Part shown: positions 1 to 16,961 of the stretch, piece by piece
Layout of the letters: every line of letters begins with the position of its first letter
Position numbering within the stretch: the first letter of the stretch is position 1
From: Macrostomum lignano
Lineage: Eukaryota
NCBI GenBank assembly: GCA_002269645.1
Contig: NIVC01001135.1
Span: forward strand, 248,001-312,000
Length of the DNA: 64,000 nt
Reading direction: 5' to 3'
The notes under the pieces: generated by a model
The model's input: only the letters and a program-made list of their open reading frames with translations
The model's database searches: none
What the model was told of the DNA's origin: nothing
Position numbers and translations under genes: made by a program

Positions 1-932
1 GGACAACAGAGAACATCGATGTCATCAGCGATCTGGTCAAGGAAGACCCACGGCAGTCTGTCAGGGAGCTAGCGGACTGTTTGGAGATTGATTTCAAGAC
101 AGTCCATCGCATCCTGACAGAGGATCTCCATCTCCGCAGTGTCTGCTCAGTCTGGGTGCCCTACGATCTCACTGCAGACCAACGACAGGCTCGTGTGAAC
201 TGCGCCAAGCAGATCCGCAAGGTGTTCAGCAGCCGGGGCTTGAATGACATCCTAAACTGCCTGGTTGTTGAGGATGAAACCTGGCTCCACCTGGATGGCA
301 AGGGCAGCAAGGCAGACAATCGCTGCTGGCTGGGAGCTGGGGACTCCAAGGCGACCGTGACCAGGAGGTCCATCTCGGACAAGAAGACCATGCTGCTGGT
401 AGCCTTCACGCCAAACAAACGAGTCTCCATCTGCACAACTCCACCGAACACCAAGGTCGATGGCCAGTATTTTATCGACTTTGTCCGGCACACTGGGGAC
501 CTCTGGCGCACTCTCCGGTCAAATCCATGTCACCTGGACGAGGTGCTGTGGCAGATGGACAACGCAAGGCCTCACACCTGTAAGGCTGTTTCGGATTTTC
601 TGGCTGGACGTCGAGTGAATCTGCTCTGGCAGAGTCCCTACAGCCCGGACTTCAATTTGTGCGACAGATTCCTGTTCAAATGGCTGAAGGCTGACTTTTC
701 CAAGAGGAGTTTTGCAAACCATGAAGAGGTCAAACAGCTGCCGCGTTGCACTGGTTCCGGCAGCTGGAGGAAAAACACCTGCAGGCTGAGGTGGAGAAGC
801 TGTACGAGCACTGCGAGAGAGTGATTGATGTTGGGGGACACTATGTTGTTGATTGATACATTTTTGTTCATCTGCCATTGCAAGTTCGTCTGTTTTTACA
901 TCAGTGACATTACTTATGACACACCCGAAGTA
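1..932 (+). mobile_element. mariner (DD34D) DNA transposon, 5' part outside window, 1-nt frameshift near the transposase C-terminus
   Basis: Frame is open from nt 3 (HTH-like ENIDVISDLVKEDPRQSVRELAD). It has WVPYDL (WVPHEL-type), DETW, DNARPH and YSPDFNLCD, with exactly 34 residues between the 2nd and 3rd Asp. The natural C-terminus (AAALHWFRQ...ERVIDVGGHYVVD*, stop 854-856) is in another frame after ~736. Putative right TIR ...ACTTATGACACACCCGAAG ends at 930 followed by TA. Confidence 0.93.
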
Positions 933-3159
933 CCTGCATGAATACCTGAAATCGAACCAATTAAGTTCCTTTGTCAGACGAGAAATTAAACGGTCTAAAC
1001 TCTAAGCTCGAAAAAGCAAATAATTAAAAATCCTTATTTTTTACTATACACTAACTATTCAGGATAGCAACTCACCCAGCCGTTTTTTGTAAATTATCCT
1101 ATAGTTGCCGCTCAATAAATGTAGTGATTTCTCGCATCCGAGCAAACAATGGGAAGAAAAGCCTTGAATGATGTTTCATTTGAAAATTAAGATTACTTTT
1201 TCTTCTAAATGATGGAAATGCTAGTGTTTCAAAAAATTAGTTAAGTGCCTATATTGATTGCTGAATTGAAGTTACTATGGATAATTTGTAAAGTATTTTT
1301 ATGTATCAATTGAATCTCCGCACTTTTTATGATATCCGGCGTTCTTGAAAATTGTTGTTATTATTTAGTCAGTATTTATTCAATAGTAAGTTTCCTATTT
1401 CCGCGATACCTACTGCATGTACGTACTTACTTTACTACTTTTGTTTTACTGTATGTTAATTCCTATCGTATTTGAAACGCGACATGCGCTGTGTTTGACC
1501 AGTGTTAGGGTTTTTTCTAGGCGCTGTAGTTGTTGTTGAGTAGCGTAGTTTCCAGAATTCAAGTAGATCCAGTTTAAATAATAATTAACCTAATTACTTT
1601 TATTACAAATAGATTTTACAAATAAATATGAACTAAATTAAGGCGCATTGCACCCACCAAACAAGGACGCATTCATTCATCCGTCTGTCATCACAACGAA
1701 TATTCTTTTTGAATTGTTTGACTTCAAGAAGTTTATTTTACAAATTTGTAATTCAATTGCACGCCACAACGGAATGTTTCTAAAACAGCGGTCAATCAAA
1801 AATTGAAGTATAAAAATATTTCTACGTAAAATTATTAATTTATTTTATTAAGCTTTCTGTTTCTACAGTTACAAAATATGATACAAAATAAAACTTTAAG
1901 ACTAAAAAAGCGAAATTAGTTATCGCACGCCAAAAACGAATATTCAATAAATTTCAAAACCTTAGCATAATGATGGCTTTCAGAGAACGAGCTCACACGA
2001 TTATCCCCCGTGCCTGTTTGTTTGATTTTTTGCCTAACATAATGAGTTCGACAAAAAGTTAGATTTAATATAAATCTCGATGGAAAAGAACAAAATTATA
2101 GTAGCAGAATAGAAAATAATTTTTTCCAGTTGGCACAGAGGAAGCCACATTTAAATTATCCTTGAATATTTTTGCTAAATTTTCAAACATCAAAAAAATT
2201 TTTTTGAAAATCTGAATGATTGGGTAGATGAAAATGCCAATTTAAACTTCATTTTTTTGCTTTTTAGACTGTTACTTTTTCATTGTTTTTTTAGAAGGAA
2301 AAAACTTTACACAGAGGGATTCTTGATTAAAGAATTTTTTCTTACAAGGATTTCTCAAATTCTTGTACATTATATTAAATGGGTATATTATTGAATTTTA
2401 TTTTTAATAAGTTATTAAAATAAAAACTAAAAAACTTAAATAAAAATCAAATTAAAACACGCGCTTTAATTTATATTGAGTAATTATATTCGCACCAAAA
2501 ACTCCTAACGTGGACGATGAGCATTCAGAAAGGCCCATCTCGAAACATTCACTCAACTGATTTGATGCAGCGAATGAGAGAAATTCTCAAGCACCATATT
2601 GGCTGGCAGTCTGCGAGCTCCTGCACTGCTGTTTCGATTGAGATCCAGTTTGATTGGCTCAGTCAGTTATGTTGATAAAATACATATCTAGCTATATTAT
2701 TGAGAACTAATGCAAAAATTCTGACGTACAAAATTACTTGCTTACTTACTTTGTGCATTTGCTTTTTATTGAAGGATCATCAGATAAATATTTCGAGCCT
2801 CAGTTTGCGTCATGACTTCGGAAAGCGCTGATAAAACTAAAGGTGTTGGCACAGCTGCAAAGGGAGTCAGTACAGCGATGCTTCAGATTACTGGCCGCTT
2901 GGCAGGAGAAGGGTGAGAATGGCAGAAAGACTTTGCCCTATGGAACTAATGCATGGACATGTAAGAAGTTGGGATTAACTATGGAGTCTTACAAATATGC
3001 AAGCAGCAATATATGATGGCAGTGAATGGTCAGTAAAGTGAAGCAATCATTTGAAAGCTAAATGGCCTTTGCTTCTGTATTTTTCAATTTTAGCCAATTT
3101 AATTGCCAAAGTTCGATGATTTTAACAAAGAATGTGTTGATAATTATCTACTCCATCAA

Positions 3160-7041
<3,882 letters not shown>

Positions 7042-7050
7042 TCGACTGGA

Positions 7051-7231
7051 GCTGGGAGGGGCTGGCTGGGAGGGGCTGGCTGGGAGGGGCTGGCTGGGAG
7101 GGGCTAGCTGGTAGGGGCTGGCTGGGAGGGGGCTAGCTGGGAGGGGCTGGCTGGGAGGGGCTAGCTGGTAGGGGCTGGCTGGGAGGGGCTAGCTGGAAGG
7201 GGCTGGCTGGGAGGGCTAGCTGGGAGGGGCT
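7051..7231. repeat. G-rich ~14-bp minisatellite (GGCTGGGAGGGGCT)
   Basis: Tandem copies immediately after the PAC stop codon. Confidence 0.9.
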
Positions 7232-7473
7232 AAAGTGCTTTGAGGGGCGACATGGAGTGAGTTGGAAAGGATTTAACTTGAAAGGCCAAAGATCAAGAAG
7301 CAAGGCCTTATTCCGATAGCCATAAAATTTATAAATTTTACCTGTCGCATAACCTTGCTCAACTTCCTCGCCCCAGCAACCCAGAGGCGGCCCCAGCAGC
7401 CGGTTTGGTCATTTTCAACAGTTGCTCAACAGCAGCAATGGGCCAGGCGGAATCGGCAGCTGCACCGGTGGCC

Positions 7474-7818
7474 GTGTGAACTGCGTGTGTGTGAACTGTG
7501 TGTGTGTGTGTGTGTGTGTGAACTGTGTGTGTGTGTGTGTGTGTGTGTCTGTGTGTGTGTGTGTGTGTGTGTGAACTGTGTGTGTGTGTGTGTGTGTGTG
7601 AACTGTGTGTGTTTGTGTGTGTGTGTGTGTGAACTGTGTGTGTGTGTGTGTGTGTGTGTCTGTGTGTGAACTGCGTGTGTGTGAACTGTGTGTGTGTGTG
7701 TGAACTGTGTGTGTCTGTGTGTGTGTGTGTGTGAACTGTGTGTGTCTGTGTGTGTGTGTGTGTGAACTGTGTGTGTCTGTGTGTGAACTGTGTGTGTGTG
7801 TGTGTGAACTGTGTGTCT
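7474..7818. repeat. (TG)n microsatellite interrupted by GAAC
   Basis: Direct inspection. Confidence 0.95.
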
Positions 7819-8072
7819 GAGCGTCAGCTTCTGTTTACTGCGTGACACAGTAAACATTAAATGCATTAGCAATGAAAAGATTGATGCTATATCTATTGAC
7901 TAATCGCCTATTCAGATTCACGACTGCAAATTAAGATATTAATGTCAATATATTTTTCTTCTGATGCACTTTTAATCCTTATTTATTATTATTTAATCAT
8001 TTTATGATTATGATAAATATTAATCATTTTATGATAAATAATATTTTATTTAATCATAATTCAAGGGTTCAA

Positions 8073-9089
8073 GATTGATGGGTTCAGGATTGGTGGGTTC
8101 AGGGTTACCGAGTTCAGGATTGATGGGTTCAGGATTGATGGGTTCAGGATTGATGGATTCAGGATTGATGGGTTCAGGATTGATGGGTTCAGGGTTGATG
8201 GGTTCAGGGTTGATGGGTTCAGGATTGATGGGTTCAGGATTGATGGGTTCAGGGTTGATGGGTTCAGGGTTGATGGGTTCAGGGTTACTGAGTTCAGGGT
8301 TGATGGGTTCAGGGTTACTGAGTTCAGGATTGATGGGTTCAGGGTTAATGAGTTCAGGATTGATGTGTTCAGGGTTACTGAGTTCAGGATTGATGGGTTC
8401 AGGGTTGATGGGTTCAGGGTTACTGAGTTCAGGATTGATGGGTTCAGGGTTGATGGGTTCAGGGTTACTGAGTTCAGGATTGATGGGTTCAGGATTGATG
8501 GGTTCAGGATTGATGGGTTCAGGATTGATGGGTTCAGGATTGATGGATTCAGGATTGATGGGTTCAGGATTGATGGGTTCAGGATTGATGGGTTCAGAGT
8601 TACTGAGTTCAGGATTGATGGGTTCAGGGTTAATGAGTTCAGGATTGATGGGTTCTCAGGGTTGATGGGTTCAGGATTGATGGGTTCAGGATTGATGGGT
8701 TCAGGATTGATGGGTTCAGGATTGATGGGTTCAGGGTTGATGGGTTCAGGATTGATGGGTTCAGGGTTACTGAGTTCAGGATTGATGGGTTCAGGATTGA
8801 TGGGTTCAGGATTGATGGGTTCAGGATTGATGGGTTCAGGATTGATGGGTTAAGGATTGATGGGTTCAGGATTACTGAGTTCAGGATTGATGGGTTCAGG
8901 ATTGATGGGTTCAGGATTGATGGGTTCAGGATTGATGGGTTCATGATTGATGGGTTCAGGATTGATGGGTTCAGGGTTACTGAGTTCAGGATTGATGGGT
9001 TCAGGGTTACTGAGTTCAGGATTGATGGGTTCAGGATTGATGGGTTCAGGGTTACTGAGTTCAGGATTGATGGGTTCAGGATTGATGGG
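8073..9089. repeat. 15-bp minisatellite (TTCAGGATTGATGGG)
   Basis: ~67 copies with variant GGGTTACTGAG units. Confidence 0.97.
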
Positions 9090-9508
9090 TCCAGAATTAG
9101 TGGTACAACTTCGTCTGATATGTGCAACTTATTTCTAGCCATTCTGGGGCTGGAAACCGACTATCTTGTCAGAAATGAAGTCAGCAATGTGAAGAACGAA
9201 TTTAGTCCGCGAATAAAAAGATAGTATTTGCTCAAGTGTCGAATTGAGTCCAAGTGTAATATTGGCTCGGAACAATTCGTTCAATGGTCATACAAAAACC
9301 AAAAACAGGCGGTAAGAAGTAAATTCATTGTTTACTAATAGCAAAAATAATTATAGCTGTTAGCTTTCAAACAAAATTTATGATTTGGACAAAGTCATTT
9401 ATAAAAATACAGCGATGCAAATAATTTAGCAACGCATTTTCTTTTGAAAGCGGAGCTCTTTGCTACATGATAACAGTGAGCCAGTTTTTATGGCAAATGA
9501 AGTTCGAA

Positions 9509-12500
9509 TTAAAAATCCGAGTCCGGAGTGGCGCTGGCGTTGTTGGCACTGCCGCCCGGGTTGCGCACCTTGGCGGCCCGCTTCAGCAGCTCCTCCTCGA
9601 ATTCCTTCATCTCTTCCTCCGTCTTCTCCTGCGAGTCGGGAGAGTAGTAGTGTTGTACCAGTCTATGGCTGGGAATTCTAGTGTCTATGGCTGGGAATTC
9701 TAGTGTCTATGGCTGGGAATTCTAGTGTCTATGGCTGGGAATTCTAGTGTCTATGGTTGGGAGTTCCAGTGTCTATGGCTGGAAGCTCTAGTGTCTATGG
9801 CTGGGAATTCTATAGTGTCTTATGGCTGGGAATTCTAGTGTCTATGGTTGGGAGTTCCAGTGTCTATGGCTGGAAGCTCTAGTGTCTATGGCTGGAAGCT
9901 CTAGTGTCTATGGTTGGGAATTCTAGTGTTTATGGTTGGGAATTCTAGTGTCTATGCCTGGGAATTCTAGTGGCTATGGTTGGGAATTCTAGTGTCTATG
10001 GTTGGGAATTCTAGTGTCTATGGTTGGGAATTCTAGTGTTTATGGTTGTGAATTCTAGTGTCTATGGCTGGAAGCTCTAGTGTCTATGGTTGGGAATTCT
10101 AGTGTTTATGGTTGGGAATTCTAGTGTCTATGGTTGGGAATTCTAGTGTCTATGGTTGGGAATTCTAGTGTCTATGGTTGGGAATTCTAGTGTCTATGGT
10201 TGGGAATTCTAGTGTCTATGGTTGGGAATTCTAGTGTCTATGGTTGGGAATTCTAGTGTCTATGGTTGGGAATTCTAGTGTCTATGGTTGGGAATTCTAG
10301 TGTCTATGGTTGGGAATTCTAGTGCTATGGTTGGGAATTCTAGTGTCTATGGTTGGGAATTCTAGTGTCTATGGTTGGGAATTCTAGTGTCTATGGTTGG
10401 GAATTCTAGTGTCTATGGTTGGAATTCTAGTGTCTATGGTTGGGAATTCTAGTGTCTATGGTTGGGAATTCTAGTGTCTATGGTTGGGAATTCTAGTGTC
10501 TATGGCTGGGAATTCTAGTGTCTATGGCTGGGAATTCTAGTGTCTATGGTTGGGATTCTAGTGTCTATGGCTGGGAATTCTAGTGTCTATGGCTGGAAAT
10601 TCTAGTGTCTATGGTTGGGAATTCTAGTGTCTATGGCTGGGAATTCTAGTGTCTATGGTTGGGAATTCTAGTGGCTATGGTTGGGAATTCTAGTGTCTAT
10701 GGTTGGGATTCTAGTGTCTATGGTTGGGAATTCTAGTGCTATGGTTGGGAATTCTAGTGTCTATGGTTGGGAATTCTAGTGTCTATGTTGGGAATTCTAG
10801 TGTCTATGGTTGGGAATTCTAGTGGCTATGGTTGGGAATTCTAGTGTCTATGGTTGGGAATTCTAGTGTCTATGGTTGGGAATTCTAGTGTCTATGGTTG
10901 GGAATTCTAGTGTCTATGGTTGGGAATTCTAGTGTCTATGGTTGGGAATTCTAGTGTCTATGGTTGGGAATTTAGTGTCTATGGTTGGGATTCTAGTGTC
11001 TATGGTTGGGAATTCTAGTGTCTATGGTTGGGAATTCTAGTGTCTATGGTTGGGAATTCTAGTGTCTATGGTTGGGAATTCTAGTGTCTATGGTTGGGAA
11101 TTCTAGTGTCTATGGCTGGGAGTTCTAGTGTCTATGGCCGGAAAATCTGGTTTCCAGCCCAGCCCCTCCTCAATTTTCCTACCTGTGGGTTCTACAATAT
11201 TTATAGCGTCCATTCTTAACAACAACCACTATTCCAACATAGGTGCTAAACCAACGAAAACCTGTTGAACACTGCGACAGCGACTCACCCGCCAGAAAGC
11301 GTGTCTAAAGTAGTCCATGTAGTCATGCGAAGCTGTAGCCTCGTCTGCTTTGAAATTCTTTCTCACAATGGCCTCGTTTCGTTTAACTAAATTGATAAAC
11401 GTCTGCGAGTACCATGGGATTGACTGGGCAGGTCGGCGTTTCCTTGTAACCCATGGCTTTATCCATCGGTAGCGAGGTGTATCGTACCACCAGAAAAAGT
11501 TTTGCAAAAAAATTGGCGGTTTTCTTTGCGAAATTTCCGTCATCTCGAGTAGGCCGGCCAGCTTGTCGAGAGCGTCCTGCTCGGCTTTGGCCGTCATGAG
11601 GCGCTGGGCTCTGGTCAGCTTGATGAGCGGTGCCTCACCTTGCTGAATCTCCATGGCGATCGCCTCTTCCTAGGATGAGGTGGGTCAGTGTCCATGGCTG
11701 CGAGTTCTAGTGTCTATGGCTGGGAGTTCTAGTGTCTATGGCTGGGAGTTCTAGTGTCTATGGCTGGGAGTTCTAGTGTGTATGGCTGGGAGTTCTAGTG
11801 TCTATGGCTCGGAGTTCTAGTGTCTATGGTTGGGATGGATTTCTAGTGTCTATGGCTGGGAGTTCTAGTGTCTATGGCTGGGAGTTCTAGTGTCTATGGC
11901 TGGGATGGATTTCTAGTGTCTATGGCTGGGAGTTCTAGTGTCTATGGCTGGGAGTTCTAGTGTCTATGGCTGGGAATTCTAGTGTCTATGACTTGGAATT
12001 CTAGTGTCTATGGCTGGGAGTTCTAGTGTCTATGCCTGGGAATTCTAGTGTCTATGGCTGGGAGTTCTAGTGTCTTTGGCTAGGAATTCTAGTATCTATG
12101 GCTGGGAGCTATAGTGTCTTATAGTGTCTATAACTAAGCGGCTACACTGACAAAAATGAAAACAATTACCTCGAAAGCTTTTTGAAACAACTCCACAACA
12201 ATGCAGATTGCTTCCGTCACAACATTGGAGATAACTCTGCACTGGCTGCGATCGTAAATCTGCTCTGTTGCCACGTGCGAGTTCACTTCGAGTAGCCAGG
12301 GCTGAAGGGTTTGAAAATCAGTTTTTTGAGCTACGAGTTAAGCAAAACTGGCTCCGTTTTCCTCAGACAGCCAGGAATCGAACCCAGCGTTGTTTTGAGA
12401 CGAGAGCAATCAGACGGTCAATACGTGATCGAGCAGACATTACGTAATCGGACAATTATTAGATAATCAGAAGATTATTACGCGGTCAGCTACGAACGAC

Positions 12501-15500
12501 AAATAAAACTAATGCGTGGCTAACCTTAGTGTCGGAGTCGATCAGGATGTCCAGTCCGAAAATCTGGAACGTTCCCGGCTTGTCCCTCACAATGGGGTCG
12601 AGCTTGGCGCACAGCACCTCAATCATGTACTTGAAGCGCCAATGAAATTTGTCGAAATCTTTCTCAAGAAATTTGCCGGAATCGGCGTCTTCGCCGGCGA
12701 ACGGCAGGACATTTTCCACTTCGCCTTTCTTCACCTTCTTGGCGCCGGTGGCAATCTGCTCGCAGGCATCGTTGAAGGCGAAGCACTGCGCCTTCTCGTC
12801 GTCGTCGTCCTCTTCGCTCTCGCCCGGCACCCGCGCGTTGTTCAGCTTGTAGAGCTCGGCCGCGGTGATGTGCTCGAACACGTTGCCGCTCATCTTCGTC
12901 TGGTGCAGCTGTTCAAACTTCACCGTCCAAGGTACGGCCGCGGTGCGAGCGAATCCCGGATGGAAGAATCCGCAGACTCGACGGCCATTCAGCACGGTGA
13001 TCATGAGGTACATGCGGCAGTCCACCTTCAGCCTGTTCAGCGTGCACGGCCTGGGCAGGTAGCGCTGCAGCGTGAAGCCCTCGCGCCGGACGCAGGTGTC
13101 GCTTCGAACCAGGTAGAAATAGCGGAAATCCATCGCATCCCGGATGAGGAAGAAGCCTTTGCCGCCCGTCAGGTAGGCGGGCTTGGCCAGCCAGACCGTC
13201 TTCTTGAACTCCATGTCCGCTGGGGTTCGGCAAGGGCGGGATTTGGACTACGGTTTACGCTTGTACTTTAAACTGGAACCGGTCCAGATCTAAGAAGAGT
13301 GATACTAGGAGAGCCTTCTACTACGAATGCTAGTAGGAGTGTGACAATAGGAGATTAATAATGGGTGAACTCACTCTCGTATTTCTTGAGAAACTGCTCC
13401 ATTAGATAGTAGTGACTGAAGGCGAAAAACTCGGGCACGAAGAAGTGCTTGCGGAAGCACTCGCAGAAGTAGTACTCATGATTCGGGCAGTTGGGAGCGT
13501 CATCGTCGATGCACTTGCCCATGTAGTGACCCTAGCAACAGAGTGAAGAAGGAACTGGTGTCAGGCGGTGCGCTGAGATTCATGCGTTCGTTTTGTAAAA
13601 CATTTGCTAAGTAGTGAAACACAGTGGCGGTAAAACACGTGGGTTGTAAAACATGGGGGTTGTAAGACACAGGTGTCGTAAGACACAGGTGTCGTAAGAC
13701 ACAGGGGTTGTAAGACACAGAGGTTTGTAAAACACGGGGTTGTAAAACATGGGGGTTGTAAGACACAGGGTTCGTAAGATACAGGGGTTGTAAGACACAG
13801 GTGTCGTAAGACACAGGGGTTGTAAGACACAGGGGTTGTAAGACACAAGGGTTGTAAGACACAGGGGTTGTAAGACACAGGGGTTGTAAGACACAGGGGT
13901 TGTAAGACACAGGGGTTGTAAGACACAGGGGTTGTAAGACACAGGGGTTGTAAGACACAGGGGTTGTAAGACACAGGGGTTGTAAGACACAGGGGTTGTA
14001 AGACACAGGGGTTGTAAGACACAGGGGTTGTAAGACACAGGGGTTGTAAGACACAGGGGTTGTAAGACACAGGGGTTGTAAGACACAGGGGTTGTAAGAC
14101 ACAGAGGTTTGTAAAACACGGGGTTGTAAAACATGGGGGTTGTAAGACACAGGGTTCGTAAGACACAGGGGTTGTAAGACACAGGGGTTGTAAGACACAG
14201 GGTTCGTAAGACACAGGGGTTGTAAGACACAGGGGTTGTAAGACACAGAGGTTGTAAAACACGGGGTTGTAAAACATGGGGTTGTAAGACACAGGGTTGT
14301 AAGACACAGGGTTGTAAGACACAGGGGTTGTAAGACAGAGGGGTTGTAAGACACAGGGGTTGTGAAACATGGGCTTGTGAAATACAAAGGTTGTAAGACA
14401 CAGGGTTGTAAGACACAGGGTTGTAAGACACAGGGGTTGTAAGACAGAGGGGTTGTAAGACACAGGGGTTGTGAAACACGGGCTTGTGAAATACAAAGGT
14501 TGTAAGACACAGGGTTGTAAGACACAGGGTTGTAAGACACAGGGGTTGTAAGACACAGGGGTTGTGAAACACGGGCTTGTGAAATACAAAGGTTGTAAGA
14601 CACAGGGGTTGTAAGACACAGGGGTTGTAAGACACAGGGGTTGTAAGACACAGGGGTTGTAAGACACAGGGGTTGTAAAACATTGGGGTTGTAAAACATT
14701 GAGCATGTAAAATGCAGGGGTCTTAAAACACGGGGTTTTAGGACCCAAATGACCTGTGAAACATGGAGACAGTGAAAGTGATGAGCGATGATGGCTCACA
14801 ATCGCTTACAATGTACTGGTGACGGCACAGTCGCTGGTTGTTCCGCTTGATCTCCTCGTTCTTCTCGTTGACGCACACGTGGGTCGGCCACTCAAGCCAC
14901 TCGCGGAACTGATGCTCGATGAGCAGGCTGGCCAGGTTCTGCTTGTCCTTCACGATGACGTCGCCCTGGACTCGGCCGAGGATTTGCGAGCCCCGGCGCA
15001 TTCGAGGCAGAAATCGCCTGGCTAGGCCGGAGTTCACCCACAGCAGGCAGTGGGCGCCGCTGTCCAGCGAGTATTGCATCATCTCGCGCATGCTCAGCAC
15101 CTTGGCGCACACGTCGCCGACCAGACGGTCCACCTGGCTGCGCTGCGACCTGCGCCGGGTGGTGCGAATAAAAAATGCCCAGTCATTGATGGTCAGCCGG
15201 GAAGGCAGGCCGCGCCACTTCTCTAGCAGGTTGCGCGTGTCGTAGCCTTCGTAGAATGGCGAAAGTTTCAGCTCGTCGAAGTCGGCGTTCGGGTTGTTCA
15301 TCGAGCTGGCGGCGTTGAGAAAGGTGGTAATAAATAGTTATAAATACCTCGCAAAGGTGTTAATTTATTGGCCTAATATAGCTCGCATTTCTTTGGGCTC
15401 TCGGCCTTGAGTTGAGAGTTGGGTTATTGGGGGGAGGTGGGTTATTGGGGGGAGTTGGGTTATTTTGGGGAGGTGGGTTTTTGTGGGTAGATGGGTTATT

Positions 15501-16532
15501 GTGGGGAGGTGGGTTATTGTGGGGAGGTGGGTTATTGTGGGAGGTGGGTTATTGTGGGAGGTGGGTTATTGTGGGAGGTGGGTTATTGTGGGAGGTGCGT
15601 TATTGTGGGAGGTGGGTTATTGTGGGGAGGTGGGTTATTGTGGGGAGGTGTGTTATTTTGGGGAGTTGGGTTATTTTGGGGAGGTGGGTTTTTGTGGGAG
15701 GTGGGTTATTGTGGGGAGGTGCGTTATTGTGGGAGGTGGGTTATTGTGGGAGGTGGGTTATTGTGGGAGGTGGGTTATTGTGGGGAGGTGCGTTATTGTG
15801 GGAGGTGGGTTATTGTGGGGAGGTGGGTTATTGTGGGGAGGTGTGTTATTGTGGGGAGGTGGGTTATTGTGGGAGGTGGGTTATTGTGGAGGTACGTTAT
15901 TGTGGAAGATGGGTTATTGTGGGAGGTGGGTTATTGTGGGGAGGTGGGTTATTGTGGGGAGGTGGGTTATTGTGGGAGGTGGGTATTGTGGGAGGTGGGT
16001 TATTGTGGGGAGGTGAGTTAACGTAGGAAAATAGGTGCTGACGAGAGAGGTAAGTGCAAGGGAGGCGGGTATAGCGAGTGTTTTCGATCCCCGCAAACGC
16101 TTACACATCGATAGACTTTGTAAAGATGTACTCCTCCGACTGGGCCCGGGAGTCTCGCTTGGACACTTCGCTATTGTTTGTGGGTGTGTGTCGCTGTCGC
16201 TTGCTTTTGTCTTCCTTCTTGGACCGGCCGGTGTCGGACTGGCTGTGCAGCATTCGCTGCTTCACCGCCTGGCTGGCAGCCGCGGACTTCTTCGTGCTGC
16301 CAATGCCGAACAGAGGGCGCCGTTTGCCGACCTTGCCGTTGACCGCAAGCGCCGTCTGCTGCTGCAGCGACGGGGGCAGCGGCGGGGGCAGCGGTGGTGG
16401 TGGCCGCACCTCGGTGCTCTCCAGAGGCAGGTTTTCCTCGCTGAGCACGTCCTCGAGGGTTGCCCGCTCCTGAGCGGAGGCCTCCGCGACTGATCTCTGC
16501 GCGTACACCGCGTCAAAGGTGTTGCTAGCCAT
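9509..16532 (-). CDS. TTLL10: Tubulin-tyrosine-ligase-like (ATP-grasp) enzyme, most similar to the TTLL10 polyglycylase type, 7 exons, ~802 aa
   Basis: complement(join(9509..9628,11289..11669,12170..12301,12525..13219,13375..13531,14810..15305,16105..16532)); GT-AG, phases consistent, 2409 nt. TTL motifs: VPEFF, WLAKP..TGGKGFFL, LQRYLPRP, KVDCRMY, GFAR, FQIFGLDILID|PWLLEVN, then VISNVVTEAICIVVELFQK (cf. recalled TTLL10 VIPGVVIETLDLVLETFRK). The family call is firm; the subfamily is tentative. Confidence 0.85.
9660..11140. repeat. 22-bp minisatellite (TAGTGTCTATGGTTGGGAATTC), last TTLL intron
   Basis: ~66 copies with scattered 1-nt indels. Confidence 0.97.
11690..12130. repeat. Second block of the same 22-bp family (GGCTGGGAGTTCTAGTGTCTAT)
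   Basis: Same unit as 9660-11140, in the neighbouring intron. Confidence 0.95.
13635..14700. repeat. 16-bp minisatellite (ACAGGGGTTGTAAGAC)
   Basis: Fills TTLL intron 13532-14809. Confidence 0.97.
15420..16015. repeat. 18/19-bp G-rich minisatellite (GGGAGGTGGGTTATTGTG[G])
   Basis: Fills TTLL intron 1. Confidence 0.96.
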
Positions 16533-16961
16533 ATATAAAAATCTCTGCTGTATTTGCGATGTTAGCTAATATTTAGCTCTGACTCCGGACTTGAGGGGCT
16601 ATTTAAAATGCCATCAACTAATTTGCTTTAGAATCAATTTCGTTGTTCAAGGTACAGATCTCCGCGCTTTGCCATAGACAATTGTGTCGAATGAAGCAGA
16701 CTTTAAGAGCCCATAATTAGCGTCTATGGCTGCCCGAGCCGCCCGGGATGCCGGTTTAAACAGTAGAATGCGTTCTTTCTAGCCGTGCTGCACCTTGGCG
16801 TGAGTCTTCTTCCTGACTAATACTGACCAGCCGAAATAACTAGCTTTATCACTCAATAATAATTAGCCGTGTTAGATAATTGCAATACCTATTAAGAGAT
16901 TAGTGTGGTGTAGGAACAACTAGCCAATCTGGTGGCTGAAACGATAATCAAGTACTATAAA
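16533..16961. promoter_or_regulatory. Putative bidirectional promoter between TTLL-like and FAM78-like genes
   Basis: Only 429 bp separate the two divergent predicted ATGs; an AGCCAATC box lies at ~16922. Inferred from geometry only. Confidence 0.5.

Noticed and set aside
3103-3159. ORF-track start of PAC exon 1 at 3103
   Set aside because: It is a TTG preceded by an in-frame TAA; the first ATG is at 3160.
7438-7473. Possible first exon MGQAESAAAPVA (myristoylation-like)
   Set aside because: Only 12 codons; no phase-compatible convincing downstream exon found.
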